Part shown: positions 13,800 through 27,098 of the stretch, piece by piece
How the letters are laid out: every line of letters begins with the position of its first letter
How positions within the stretch are numbered: position 1 is the first letter of the stretch
Assembly (NCBI RefSeq): GCF_009834535.1
Contig: NC_045697.1
Location: 7,442,001-7,506,000, forward strand
Source: Camelus ferus
Taxonomy: Eukaryota
DNA: 64,000 nucleotides
Direction of reading: 5' to 3'
The notes under the pieces: generated by a model
Seen by the model: only the letters and a program-made list of their open reading frames with translations
Databases searched by the model: none
Told to the model about the DNA's origin: nothing
Translations under genes and position numbers: made by a program

Positions 13800-14260
13800 T
13801 GAAATTCAATTTATTCTTCCCGATTAAGCTTAAATATTATCTTGTTCAGGAAACGGTTCTCACCTATCCCAGGATGGTGAGATTTCCTTATTCACAGCAC
13901 GTGTTGCAACCACACTTAATTTTCTAAAACATTGCTGTGATCTGCTGTGCCTTGTCCCCCTGCCCCCTCACGGTGGCAGTTCAGCAGCAGAGCGGGCTAG
14001 AACGGCATCTGTACTCCTTAAGCTCCTTTTCTTGCAAGAACAGTGCCCAACACCTACTGTGCCTTCCACATACTGGATGCTGCACTTGTGGCCTAAATAC
14101 TTGTTGAATTTTTTTCATCCCTCCCTACTAGAATTTGGGTTCCCTAGAAGCCACAATGATAGGAAACGTGCTGTCATTTATTTTTGGTTTGTTATTTATC
14201 CAGTGTCTTTTAGAGTACCTGACACATGCCAATCATTCCATGTATGTCAGAGGTAAATGG
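13800..14260 (+). mobile_element. L2 fragments
   Basis: L2-tail-like motifs 'aacagtgcccaacac...taaatacttgttgaat' and 'tagagtacctgacacatg'. Confidence 0.4.
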
Positions 14261-16774
14261 AGAGAAAAAGGAGGGAAGAGGATGAGGAAGAGAAGGTTGA
14301 AATCAAGGAAAGGCAATTGTATTAAAAAAAAGAAAAAAGGCCCTCCTTCTTCTCAGACAGGTGTGATGCGGATGCACCAAGTACTTAAAAAAAAAAAAAA
14401 AAAAAGAAGGGCCGCTTGGATCCTCAGTCGGACTGAGGCCTGGGAAAGTGACTTTCTGAATGTGAAGTTGGATCAGAGGGGTTGCTATAAGAGGTGGCAA
14501 TTAGTAAAAAAGTCAAATAACAAAGCTGATCATCCAAATGACAAGCATAGAAGAGTCATGCACAAAACCGAGTTGGCAGCCGGGAAAGCTCGAGAAGACT
14601 GAGTATACTGAACGGGTCGTGGGCAGGGCCTGGGACAACCCTGAGCCCACTGCGCAGCTCTGCAGGGGCACACACTCTGACCGCAGGACCTTGGTCAGGA
14701 TGCTTTAAACTGAGGGGTACTAGTTGAAAACAACAGGGTCTTTGACAAGAGAGAGTATCAAGAATGGGATGAGAAGGAGATGGATGGGGGTCGTGGTTAA
14801 GGTGATCAGGGCTGGGCTGTAGGTGGGGCCTTCCAGGGAGGGGCCCATAGCCCCACATACCTACATCATGGCCACTCCAGGACTGTAATTAACTGATAAG
14901 AAAATGTGAAGATGGTATTAGCCAAGGGGTTAGAAACTTCATACTTAGAAAAACAATGCCCGAGAACATATGCATCAAAACTAAAGTCACTGCCTTTTAC
15001 ATCATCTCTGGAAAGTTCTCCAAGCTGGAGCTGCTGCCTTCCAGGATCTAAAATCAAATTTGCAATTTTAAACCAAAGTAGAAGGATGTAAGGCATGTCA
15101 AGAAGTCAAAGAACTTCCAGGATCCAAATTTTGGGTATGTGATGCCCTCAGTGTTCTTCAGGCGTGGGTGAGGCCTGGTGTCAGGCCTGGATGGATCTGC
15201 AGCTCTGGGTGAAGCTCCTCCAAACTTATGAATGCATCTCTCTACGGAAGAGAGAAGCTGACAGATGGACATTTGCTCTGTGGCCTGAGTGGTTTTGAGA
15301 CAAAATATTTCTTCATAAAATACTTCTTGAACTTACCATGAGGAGCAGAGAACACAGGAATGATCTCGGGCCAGAAGATTTAGCATCTGAACATACTCAT
15401 TCTGCTAATTAAATACTCATCACCAAAGTGTAAGGAGATTCAACTTGGCAAAGCCATTGAAATACACAAACCATTATTCCTCTACAGTTAAAGTGTTTGA
15501 CCCGTCCCAGCTTCAGCAGTGGAACTCTCTAAAAAGACAGATCTAAAACACTTTTAGTGTTGTCGCTATTTTCACCCTGTAACAAATGAACAAAGTATTT
15601 TGAGACATAATCCATCGTTCTTTTACAGATGTCTGAAATGCAAGTTTTGGCTCTTCTACAGGTGCTAAGAAAAGCTTTCCTTTTTTTTTTTTTTAACTTC
15701 AGCTCCATGAACACCTGTTCTCTGAGTCTTAAATCTGTAAGTCTGAAGATTCAGTCCCATTCCTTTTAAAATTTTAGACTTCACATTCAAACCAGAGGGA
15801 AGAACAGTGAGGAATAGATCCTTGGGTACAATGTGCAGAAAGATTATTAATTATTTCCTATGTCTCAAGTGAATTACCAAGCACAGGTTTTAACCATTAT
15901 GAAAGAATTTATTTACTGCAAGACAGCTTTGAAATAAAGTATTTTTGTGAGAACTTAAATATTATAGCTATTTTTCTTCTTTAGTAATGGCCTTATATTC
16001 CCCCAAAAATATTTTGGTGCCGTGAGAATACAAGGAAAGTATAAAACTAAGAGGAAAAAATACAAATGATTTCTTTCCACTGGGCTCAGTTTAAATAACA
16101 AATCAGTTGCAGACAAAGAACAGCCTGTCGTAACTCTCCTATTGTTATACGTGCCGCCATGAAGTTCTGCTTGTATAATTCAGAACACATGACACACAAT
16201 TGACAGAAAGATATAAAACAGGCTAATAACAAGGTGAATCACTAACAATAACAGGAAATATGGAAATCTCACTCTCAAGTTGTCAAAGCACTTCTTTACT
16301 TAGTGTTGAGACCCCCTCACAGATAACACGAAGACTCTTGAAGCAAACAAGCTTCAAATCATAAAGCATTAGGTGGTAGGTGATTTAATAAAGTGTGTGG
16401 GATTATAAAAGAGAGAGGAAAACAGTGATTGTATTAAACAAATTGTGGAAATGATTTTTCTGGACACACCAAATCATTTCTTTTTAAGTTAAAAATAATA
16501 ATTTGAGAAAATGTCATTGACTGTCATATTAGGAGCACAAGATAGCAAAGTAACGTATTCTTATTCCAAGAATATTTACAGAACACCTGCCTTGTGTCAG
16601 GGATCCCTCTAGATCCTGATAAAGCAATAATGAAAAAGGTAAATAAAAATACAAGCTAATTAGAGAGTACCTGAAAGCACGTTCAGCCCAAACCGTCTAG
16701 TTTCTTCTAGTTCCTTCTTCCCCAATCCAATCTGCCTCCGCCCTTTTTAAATCCTTTGGGACATTCCAGCCAGT

Positions 16775-17275
16775 TGAAAACAGATACTCAAACACTTGTA
16801 CAAACATGCCCATAGTGGCTCTATTCAAAATATTCAGAAGGTAGAAACAACTCAATTGTCCATTGACAAATAAATAGATTAAAAAGTGAAATGTATGTCT
16901 ATACAATGAAATATTATTCATCCCTGATGAGGAGTGGAGTACTGACACATACTTCACCACGAATGAAGTCTGGCAACATAGTGAGTGAAAGAAGCCAAAC
17001 ACAAAAGACCACGTACTGAATGATTTCATTTACACAGAACATCCAGAACAGGTGAATTCCTAGAAACAGAAAGCATATTGGTGACTGTCAGGGCCTTGAA
17101 GCTGGCGTGAGGACTGGAGAGAGATTGCTTAGTGGTTGGGAGTGTATTTGTCATGAAGAAAATGCTCTGCACATTGATAGAGGTGGTGCTTACACAACAC
17201 TGCAAATTTACTAAATGCAGCTGAGTTATGCACTTTAAAATGATCACTGTTATGTGAATGTTACCTCCATAAAAG
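16775..17275 (+). mobile_element. L1MB-like 3' end
   Basis: 'aaaacagatactcaaacacttgtacaaacatgcccatagtggctctattc...gaaagaagccaaacacaaaagaccacgtactg...tgcactttaaaatg'. Confidence 0.85.
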
Positions 17276-18296
17276 CATCTATTAAGCCGGTGATGTTATC
17301 CTAGTGTCCGGATGAGCCAAGACTATAAATTGCTGCACCAGCTCCCGTAGACGTTGCACAATTGACTTGCCTGGGACAACCATCGAGATGGCAGAAATCA
17401 TTTAAGCCGCCAAGTCTGGTTGGGTACTCATGTCTAGACAGAGTCCCAGCCAGGGGTTTCTTTACTTCAAAATCATTACCATGGAGGTTGTTTTAGGGTT
17501 TGGGACGTGGCCCTCAGTTAACTAAATTTGCATGACGGGGAGAATTTTGTACCGAAGCCAGGAGACAGCAATTCAATTCTAATTCACTTGAAGACTTCAG
17601 CTTGACTTAAGCTTGGAAGAGAAGTAGCGATTTCCAAGAAAGGAAGGAGCTGTAACGTAATTCAGGAGGCCTTCAAATTTCTAGCTTGAAGTAAATTAAT
17701 AAACTTCCCATTCTATACACTAAAAAACATGCATAAGAAATAAACAATCTTTAACTGGAAATTTAAAAGGTCTCTGCTAAACCTGTTTTTATCCACATAA
17801 ACCAGATCATCAGCTGTTATTTCTTCTTAAGGTGTAGGTAGACTCATGTCTGCAAAGTGGAGACAGTCACCTCCCTCACAGGCATTGGTGTATGTGTACT
17901 GGAAATGACTAAGCTCTTGGAAAGGACATATTTATTAAATCCATAAAATGATACTTAAAAGTCTAGGTTTCTTGAGAGAAAAAATAAGAGAGAGGAGAAA
18001 CTATAGAAGTCAGACACAATTTGGAAATTAAAGAGAAATAAGCTTTACCCTATTGATAGCTACATCTTATTTAATGACAGTGTTAGCATAATTAGCTAAA
18101 AATTGTGCCTGAGATACATTTTTCCACGGCTCTAGGATCAAAATTTAAACATCCTTCTAAATCTACTTTTTTATTGAATAGCCTCTTCTACCACCTCATC
18201 AAATTAATTAGTCTAAGGTTTGTATTTTTTAAATTGTTCTAAATGAATCTGTTATCCAGTCTTATCTTTTTAATTCCATCATTGTATTGGTAAGCC

Positions 18297-18378
18297 TGTT
18301 AGTTTGGACTCTCTAGAGAAACAGATGTATATAAGATATAATATATAACTGTAGATTGCATCTTTGTATCTATCTATC

Positions 18379-18424
<46 letters not shown>

Positions 18425-18730
18425 TTATCTATCTATCACCTATCTATCTAATCTATAGAGAGACAGAGAAAGAGGGAGAGAAGATTTATTATAAGAATTG
18501 GCTCATGAGATTATGAAGATAAGAAAGGTCCATGATCTACCATCTGCAAACTAGAGACCCAGGAAAGATGGTGATGTAATTCAGTCTGTGTCCAAAGGCT
18601 CAAGGACCAGGAGAGCTGGTCTCCAAGGACAGCAGAAGATAGATACCCTAGTTTTTCAAGCAGAGAGAGTAAATTCATTCTTCATTTACCTTTTTGTTCT
18701 ATTTGGACTGTGAATGTATTAGATGCCATG
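18297..18730 (-). mobile_element. MLT2-type (ERVL) LTR containing a TCTA microsatellite
   Basis: 'ctctagagaaacag...gatttattataagaattggctcatgagattatg...ccatctgcaaactagagacccaggaaag' matches the recalled MLT2B antisense consensus. Confidence 0.8.
18367..18456. repeat. (TCTA)n compound tetranucleotide microsatellite
   Basis: Directly visible. Confidence 0.95.
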
Positions 18731-20269
18731 GATTAGGGGCTTCATTCTTCATCATTTTCCTTGATCTTGTCTCAATGTCTTTCCTCAATCTCCATCTCAT
18801 TTAGCTGCTGAGGCATTTCAGGTAGGTCGCTGATTGGTGGAAAGAGATACCACACATGCCCATGTACTAATGAATTCCCCACTTTTAAGGCAAGTGTTGA
18901 AAACATAGGTGCTAGTGGGTTCTCTGTGCAAGAATTATCTGGAAAAACAACAAAATTTGTCTTATACTGTGCCTTTTTCAGCTCAGAAATTGTACCACCA
19001 TCCCAGGAGACCTGACAATCTAACTATTTCTGTTAAGGGAATGTTTACAAGCTCTAAGTCTATAAAAATATATCATCTAGGTGAAGACACTTCAGGGAAA
19101 TGTGGAAGAAAAATCTAGTTTTTATGTAGCAATGAAGTAGATTTAACAATAGGTGTCATTTTTCTTGAAGAATCTCTCTGCCTTTAGCTAACTTTCCCCT
19201 ACTGCTGACAGTACGGTGCTTTGAATTCCTCTTTATTCTGATATCCCTATCTCCACTTGGCATAACGAACTGATTTCCAAATAGCAGCCTTGTACTGAAA
19301 TACTGCTTTTAAGAACTATCTTTGTTTTCCATGAATTTCAAGGATCGTCATGATGGTCCCAATCTATTCCTTGCCCAACCTTTTGCAAAAATGCCTGGCT
19401 CAAGTGCAAAGCACCTATTGTCCTGTCTTACCTGGGATAGGAGTCTCTGGGTCTGCATTTCCGGTGAGTCTGCAGGTTTAAGTTAGGGAGAGTTCTCTGC
19501 TCTACTATTATACTGATCCAACTGTACCCACAGGCAGGGGCAGCTTAAAGAATTGTGGGTTATACTCTTGGTGTACCTGTCTCTCTAGAATCCAAGTCTT
19601 TCTGCTTCAAAGTTTGTGCAAATCCATCTCTAGATCCCCCAAGCTGGGCATTTAAGAAATGCTCAATTGATGTTTCATTGAATTGAAATACGTATTGACT
19701 AAAACATGGCACAAGAATAAAAGAAGTACGCTGAGCATTATGAAATAAGGAAGACCATTGTAGGAGCCATATGTGAAATACTTAAAGATTTCTGTGGGGG
19801 CCAAACAAAAATAATGACCACCCACCTGCCTACAATGCTGAGTGTGTGCAAATCAATTAAATAATGTGGGAATGAGTGATTCTAAAACTTAAAAATCATT
19901 ATTATTACTTTTTATGAATGCCAACATTCCCAGTGGCTCTTAACTAACACTTCCCTGTATATGCATTGACAACTGCTATTGAGTCATGTTGAAAAGCTAC
20001 GTTGATTCATTTAATTGTTTCTTGTTAATCTTTACAAATATTTGTAAGCATATTATAATGCTTCTTTATTCTTCTGGTAGAGTATTAGACAGAGTGTGTA
20101 CTCAGGATAAGAGTCTCTGTCTTCAAGAAACATTGACATTATTTTAAGAAAGGGCCACAATTTTATCTTTACCTACTGAAGCGTTTACTACCATTCTTTA
20201 ATACTACTGCTACTGCTATGGAGAAAGAGGAGGAAGAGAGACAGCAAATCAGTGGAAGCAAGAAATGAC

Positions 20270-20480
20270 TTGCATGTATTGAGTGCTGGGTTAAGCAGTT
20301 TATATGGATGGACTCACAGTTACCTAATTATGAAGACACTGGTTTTATTTCCCATTTACACTGGTGGTTAGCAAGTTGAATTTAGCACCTTAGCAAGAGT
20401 AAATAGCTTGACCAAGGTCAGGGATTGTATCAGAATATCAGAGTTTGAATCCATGCTTTCTGAATCTCAGAGTCTGGATG
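20270..20480 (-). mobile_element. MIR SINE
   Basis: 'ttatttcccatttaca...aaatagcttgaccaaggtca...gagtttgaatccatgctttctgaatctcagagtc'. Confidence 0.65.
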
Positions 20481-20789
20481 CAGATTGTGATCACTTTACA
20501 GTTTACTCTTAGTTTCACTGTGTGGCTGCAGAAATGGAAGCCTAACAAAATTACCCAAGTTCAAAAGGGCTGGGAGGTGGAAGAGGCAGACAGACACGGT
20601 TCCCTGGGACTCCCAAGATCCAGCCTCTTCCCTATAAAGTGACACCTCGTCTTCTGCCATGGTTGTCTTCTTTCATTTCACCAATAACCTGGCCATAGCT
20701 TTAGTGCTGACTACCCCTCTCCACCCCCTGGTGTCTCTACATTTTAAATGACCACAAAACAAAACACACAAATGAAAAAGAGTTCGATT

Positions 20790-21553
20790 TGGAGCAGTGG
20801 AAGTGTAGGCTTTGGAATAAAAATTTGCTTCAGATTTTGTCTAAACCACTTAGTAGCTTTGCGACCTTGAACAAACTATTTACATTATCTGTTTCCACTC
20901 ACTCCGTAATTCCAACCACATTTATCTGGTGCCAACTCTGCGCCAGCATCTTTCTAGACCCCAGATTGCTGGCAGTAAACAAAGCTAGGTCTGGCCCTCA
21001 GGGAACATATAAGTAACTTTAAAGATACATTGAAAACATAAAGAAGGTATAGTAATGACAAAGCAGGGCAGAGAGTAAGCGAGGGGAGGGATGCAGGTGA
21101 AAAGATGCAACTTAAAAACAAGGTGGATGTAAAGACTGGTAATCCAAATTTTATTATTTCACCTTGGGTTGAAATGCAGTGCCAATAAACCATGGATCGT
21201 CCGCTTTCTGGGTCTGTTTCCAGATTTGGAAGCCACTCTCTAGAGTGGTGAGCTTAGGTCTTTCTGGAAAGATGACAGTCAGGAGTCTTAAAGAAGAGAA
21301 ACTGTGAATCATAGGCTTAGAGTAGTGGGAAGAGGAGGGCATGGCATGCAAGAGAAACAGTAAATGTGCAGTCACAAGAGTTTTTGCAAAAATGGTACGA
21401 GGTACCATTGCTGGGTAGTGGGGGGCTGGCGAGCGGTGAGAGGAGTGGGGCATGAGGTCGGGCAGGTGAGCAGGCCCCAGTTGGCCATGGTTAGACCTCA
21501 AGGTTTTAGCCTTGCATGATGGGAAGCCACCTAATGGTTTTGAACAGGGGAAT
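20790..21553. mobile_element. MIR (+, ~20790-20900) followed by L2 (-, ~20900-21553); the L2 is interrupted by the LTR at 21554
   Basis: MIR core 'accacttagtagctttgcgaccttgaacaaactattta'. L2 motifs 'catttatctggtgccaactctgcgccagc' and 'gatgggaagccacctaatggttttgaacagggg'. Confidence 0.6.
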
Positions 21554-22189
21554 TGCCACCAAACAGGATCCTACGGGGTCTTCTCATGACGGCCCCTCCT
21601 CCCAAGTACTTTACCTGACACATATTTATAGAAAAGCTGCAGTCCCCCAGGCCTCCCGTGGGTCACAAAAACCCGGCTCAAGAATTAATGATTGAAAGGA
21701 TGTGAACATCTAGTAACATAAACAGCAGTTGTGCCAGGAGAGCTGGTAAAAATTTAAGCAGTAAGTCAGCCATTTGGCAGCACAGAATCTTTAGTTGCTT
21801 CCTGAAGTACCTAGATAACAGTATCTGACATTCATTTCCTGAGTTGTTCTGTGGATGCTAAAACCCCCACCAAATGGAAGACATTAACTACTTGATGACC
21901 ATGAGCAGGTAGCCCCCAGATCCACTGGAGTCTGAGGATTGATAATGTTAACTCCTGTGACACACCCTGTTACCTCATCATCAACCAATCAGAAAACTGA
22001 GCACGAGCTGATCACACTCTCCTCCCTCACCTTCCCCTTTAAAACTCTTCCCTAAGAACCTTTGGGGACTTCAAGTCTTTAGTCCTCATCCCTTGGCCCT
22101 GCAATAAACATTTTTCTGCTCCAAACTCCAACATTTTGGTTTGTTTGGCCTCACTGTGCATCGGACACACGAACTTGGGTTCAATGACA
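21554..22189 (+). mobile_element. ERV1-like solo LTR
   Basis: TG...CA termini, CCAAT ('aaccaatcag'), TATA-like 'tttaaaa', AATAAA at ~22103 and U5-like 'cacgaacttgggttc'. No perfect TSD. Confidence 0.75.
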
Positions 22190-23049
22190 GTGCTGTATTC
22201 TTATTTCTTTTTTGAAGTGGGACCCTTTACATGGGGATGATTGTTACTTAATGTGCGAGCTGCATGCAGCCATCATTTGAGATAAACAATGACAAACGCA
22301 GGCGACCCCATTCCTGACACAAAGCACATTTCCACAAATATTCATCCTGGCCTGACTCCTTCTCTTATTTAATGCTTAGGCTTAGATTTCTGCAGACAAG
22401 ACGCAGCATTCTTAGAGGCGGACTCTCAGTGAAGCTGTTTCCTTGGGAAGGACTCCACTCTTCTTTGTTCATCAGCTGCCAACTGGGCCTGGGACCGAAA
22501 AAGGGATCTTTAAAACACTGGCTCTTGTGAAGTCCCTGGGGAGGCTGTCAAATTCGCAGTCAGGATAAGAACTAAAGTTGAAGGGGGATTTGATCCAAGT
22601 GGGAGACAGATAATGAGAGGATTAACTCAGGTCAAGAGAAGAAAAAAGGAGAGAGAAAAAGAGATGAAGTGGATGCATATTGGAATAACAAGTGACTGGA
22701 CATCACCTCTCCTGTGGCAGGTGGCAGGGCCAGCTGACAGGGCACACTGCAGCAAGCCAGAGGTCTTCCTGGAACTTCACATCTCTCAGCGGCCGGCGGA
22801 GAGGGTACCGATGCTCAGCACAGAGAGGTCGGCTCAGTCCTCCTGCAAACAGCTGATGAATGGCAAAACTTGCTTTCAGAGCTGATAAAAGCACCCTCAA
22901 GGGAGCTGATGGCTTATACAATTGCTTCCAAAAGGAAATTCTTTCACTCCAATGATTGCAAACTGGATCAAACTGAATGCCACGAGCACGCTGCATTTTC
23001 AAAAGTAATTGTGCTCAGGTAAGGATGTTGCTCAGACTGAGGTTTGCAG

Positions 23050-23760
23050 ATTCATTAAGTCTTCCATTTATTCTTTGAGAACCTTTTATGAACCAAGGAC
23101 TCCTTTAGGGGCTGGGGACCAAAGATTGATCAAAATCCATGCTTTCTTAGAATGGAATTTATATACTTTGGGAGTAAAAGGGGAGACAATAAACAGAAAA
23201 TATTCTACACATAAAATACATCAGATAGTAATAAATGCTGGGGAAAACATAAAGGAGATTAAGAGGGTTACCATGTTTGATGGGTAAATGGAGAGGATAT
23301 GAGGAGGGTTCTGAGAGGTGACAACGGACCCAGGCAGGGAGGGGGTTAACGAGTGCCGTCTGTGGGGGAAACACTTCCCGGCAGAGGGGAGGACAGGAAA
23401 GGCCCACACCTCTAACATGGATGTGCCAAGGAGGGAAGGCTAGTTGAGGTCACAAGGAGGAGGCCATGAGCCATGCAGGCCAGCGAGGCCATTGGAAGGC
23501 GTTTGGTCTTTATGTAAGTGGTGACATGGGAATCCAGGGAGGACTGTGAGCAGAGAAGTGACATGGTGTGATCTGACCCGACTGTGAAGGACCATTCTGG
23601 CTTCTGTGCTGAGAACAGTCTACAGAGAATTCAGGACAGAAATAGCAAGACCCACTACAGTGATCCTGTGATGACAAAGACGCGGACCCAGGAGTTCTGC
23701 TGGAGGCAGTCAAAAGGGGGGAGATTAGGGGCCTATTTTAAATTTAGAGCCAAAAAACAG
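23050..23760 (-). mobile_element. L2 fragment
   Basis: 'catttattctttgagaaccttttatgaaccaagg...ggggagacaataaac...gagcagagaagtgacatggtg...gaccattctggcttctgtg'. Confidence 0.75.
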
Positions 23761-23831
23761 GGTGATCTCTTAGGTTTGGTACTTAAGAAAAAACAAGGAG
23801 TCACTTGTTGAGATTAGAGGGACTTTGAAAG

Positions 23832-24298
23832 TGTGGATGAAGAATGTCACGAGCCATATCAGTAAACAAAAGATGCTGCATTCATCAAGCCACCAGCCAC
23901 TGTGGCCTTCCCACAGCGGTGCACCCTGAGGGGATGCAGGATGGAGAAACACAGAATGCTGGTCCTAGATAGTCATGGTGCAGATCAAAGGAACGATTTC
24001 CATGAGCCCAGATTCTTGAATCTTCCCCTACACACAGAAGTGCTAAATTCATTAACTTGAGATGTCTGGTTTTTTTTTTTTTTTTTTCTTAAAACAATAA
24101 TCCCTTCATTTTGACTACCTGTTTGTTTGTTTGCAAAAAGTCATATATTCTGGCTTCTCTCTTACCTCTACCTCTCCAGAGCAGTTCCTCAGAGCTATCT
24201 AGGAGGCTGTCTCCTGGGCTTCAGTCCTCAGCAAGCCCACCAAATAAAACATAATTCTCAGTTTTTAGATTGTTGTGCATTTTGTTTTTCAGTTGACA
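23832..24298 (+). mobile_element. ERV1-like solo LTR with perfect 4-bp TSD AAAG
   Basis: aaag|TGTGGATG...GTTGACA|aaag, AATAAA at ~24243; homologous to the LTR at 29661-30158. Confidence 0.9.
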
Positions 24299-25129
24299 AA
24301 AGCAAGCTGGGGTGCTGGGGTTGAGGGGAGGTCGGGGTTCATTTTGGGATTTATTGCTTCAACATCTCTATTAGACAACAGAATAGAGGTCTTCTGAAGG
24401 CGGAGTGTCGCTCAGCTGAGTTTTCTTCCCTCGTGCTGACTCTGGCATGTACGTAGGGGTCAGTAAGGGTGCCGTGGGGTACCGGATGCGGAAGACACAT
24501 CTAGAAAGACTTGGCTGATTAGCAGCGCCGACCATGGCTGCAGCAGACCAGAGTAAGTGAAGTCCACACCCCTAGTTTAGGTATCGGTGAGTCTTTTCCA
24601 CACTTTTTTCTATAGATTAGGTGACTCATGTAGGAAAAATTTTATATTTAAATTTGAACTCTGGAGGCTCTACCTCAGACTGTCTTTCCCGACGAGCTTC
24701 AGGACCTCCCATAGCTGGGCTTAAAGGAGGCCCACTGAGCTCAGGATGGATGCAGGCTGGATGATGGCTGCAGAGAGCGCCTCTGAATCTCATCCAGGTG
24801 TGCCGCCTCCCCCACACAACACTGGGACCCGCACCATCCTGTGGTGAGCCCTTGCCGGGAAGGAAGCTATGATTAGAACAGATTATCTGCTTTCTGTTGG
24901 TAAAGAATCAGCACTAACCCCATCAAGCCCATATCGTTACCTCCTAGTCACCTGTCATCACTCGCTCTCCCGCAAGGTTGTGTACAGCTCCCTGCTCAGA
25001 TTCAGCATTTCCTAAATTCTCCACAAGCTCATAAACTCTGAAAGCCATGGCCTCTCACTAACAAGTCTGAAGGAAACTTTCTAATCATCACATCGCCAAA
25101 TTTACCCATTTATTTATATCTCCACCTGC

Positions 25130-25620
25130 ACAGCCTTGTCCCTGCCTATTCCTACCTCCTTTCCTATTGCAATAAATTCACTGCCCTCCCGCCTGTGGAA
25201 GACCAGATCCTGGACTCATGCCTTGAATGGTACAAGCAGTTACTTACCCGGGTAAGCAATGACTGGCCCTGCTGTGAGCAGCCCTCTCGCTCTTGCGGCT
25301 TCAGGTTTCCGTTGTTGAATCGTGTCTAATACCCGCTGTAGAATATTACAGAATATTCTGCCCCAGCCGCCTCCGTCCCCTGTCCCTCTAACCCCCTCCC
25401 AGCTCCTCTAGTTCACTTCGAGAAAGCTATCAGAACACGGGGCTCCACTCACTGCCTGCCCATCCTCACCTACCACTTTTTCTTGAGCGTGTTTTTATCA
25501 GCTGTTTCTCTCCTCCATACCACTGAAACTGCTTTGGTCAAGGTTACAAGTGACCTTAACACAGCCGACCCAGTTTCAGGCCTCTTAACAGTCGACCTGT
25601 TTGCAGCCGACCTCAAGGCA
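25130..25620 (+). mobile_element. L2 ORF2 (RT-region) relic
   Basis: ORF 25483 contains HTTETALVKVTSDL...DLFAA, matching the CR1/L2 RT motif HSTETALxKVTNDL...DLSAAFD. Confidence 0.7.
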
Positions 25621-25848
25621 GGTGAGTGGGTGACGCAACGGTGCTGGAGAACCCCTGCAGGCTGGGGGAAAACAGGCACTCAGTTTAACCAGGGACCACT
25701 GGTAAAAATACTCTCCTTGGCCAAACTTTATTCAGGCTCTTCTGAGTTCTTTTTCACCTGTGTCTTGGCTGTGGGGCTTTGGGGCTTTGTTCATCTCGAA
25801 ATTGCCCAATCTTAGCAAGATTCCTGCCAAATCACTTTAGTAGAATTC

Positions 25849-25898
25849 CCCACCCTCAATATTTGATCACTTTCCCACCCTAAATATTTGATCACTTT
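25849..25898. repeat. 25-bp tandem duplication inside the LTR U3
   Basis: cccaccctcaatatttgatcacttt / cccaccctaaatatttgatcacttt (24/25 identical). Confidence 0.9.
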
Positions 25899-25997
25899 CC
25901 ATGTGGAATCAGATTCCTCATCGTCCACTATCCCCCAGGTGGTGTGCAATCCCCCCGGTCTGCCTTCAGTACGAATCTTATTAAATCATTTCAGTAA

Positions 25998-26459
25998 TGT
26001 GAAATCAAATTCATATTTTATGGCAAGACAAGAAACATTTAAACATAAGGACTTCTTCTCTGCCTTTGGCCCCTCTCCCCGCGCTGCGCACTGGGTGTCC
26101 GCGTTATGCACCCACCAAACCTCGCCCACCGGCAGACACACCTGCTGAACCTTAAGAGCAGCGTCCTCCCGGCCGCAGCAGGCGGCTCCTTAAAGCTCAC
26201 GTCCCTCCTGAGCTTGCAAGGGGAGGCGTGACCCGCAAAGCTCGCACGTAGATCTGGATTACGTAAACTGTCAATAGTACAGCGCTTGCTGTACAGCCCT
26301 CTACCTCAAAACACTTAGACAGCTGCGCCTTGATTTCCACCTGGTGGGACAGCTCTCAGAGCTTTCTCAGGTGCTCTTCCTGGGTTATAATCCTCAAATT
26401 TGGCTCAAATAAAATTGTCCACTTTTTTCTCAGATCGACTGATTAATTTTTCGTCAACA
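25998..26459 (+). mobile_element. Nested ERV1-like solo LTR (inner, CpG-rich)
   Basis: gtaa|TGTGAAAT...GTCAACA|gtag (3/4 TSD), AATAAA at ~26408; the R/U5 region resembles that of 23832-24298. Confidence 0.85.
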
Positions 26460-27039
26460 GTAGGAATCCCCTCTTATCTGTTGTTTCCTCTTAGTAATTT
26501 TTCCTCCACTGACTCCCACCCTGCTTGCTCCTTGGCTATAAATGTCCACTTCCCCGTATTGCATTTGGAATAATGCAGTAACATCTGGATTTGCACCCAA
26601 TCTCTGTCCCCCTTTGCAAAGCCCCATTGCAGCGGTCCCTACAACTACCACAGTGACCTCTCTTGACTGAAGGAGGCCTCAGCATTTTTAACACTGTCAT
26701 GAATACTTTTCTTCTTTAACATCACAGGTATCTAGTAAGAAAGGATTGTGCTTAAAACTCTCACCAACTGCGGCTCCCGCTCATCTCCATTGGATCCACG
26801 GGTGATAAGCTGGAGGTGCCTGAGACCATCAGAAAGGAGACAGAGAGCTCAGCGCATCCACCACGTGACTGAGCTGTTAGGGGAACTTCTTGTTCCCTCT
26901 CAGACCTGGAGCAGAGAGAGAGGGGGGCTGACAGAGTGGGTGGCGCCCCCATCTCTATTCCAGGCTGTAGGAACTTCAAGTCAAGCCTTCACTGGAAACA
27001 AGAGAGCTTACCTTGATTAGCCTTGACTGAGAAATTGAA

Positions 27040-27045
27040 TCTATC

Positions 27046-27098
<53 letters not shown>
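27040..27098. repeat. (TCTA)n microsatellite
   Basis: Directly visible. Confidence 0.95.

Larger units (their letters stand above)
25700..26721 (+). mobile_element. ERV1-like solo LTR (outer), split by a nested LTR
   Basis: ccac|TGGTAAAA...TTTAACA|tcac (3/4 TSD). TATA 'ggctataaat' at ~26534. The sequence resumes after 26459. Confidence 0.8.

Noticed and set aside
14135..14602. 155-aa lysine-rich ORF
   Set aside because: The lysine runs come from poly(A) tracts and it overlaps an L2 relic
24400..24560. CpG-containing patch ending in a donor-like AGA|GTAAGT, a possible lncRNA exon
   Set aside because: No promoter, acceptor or partner exon can be supported from sequence alone
25243..25256. 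14-bp perfect palindrome cttacccgggtaag giving donor-like GTAAG on both strands
   Set aside because: A few palindromes of this size are expected by chance in 64 kb; no supporting exon structure
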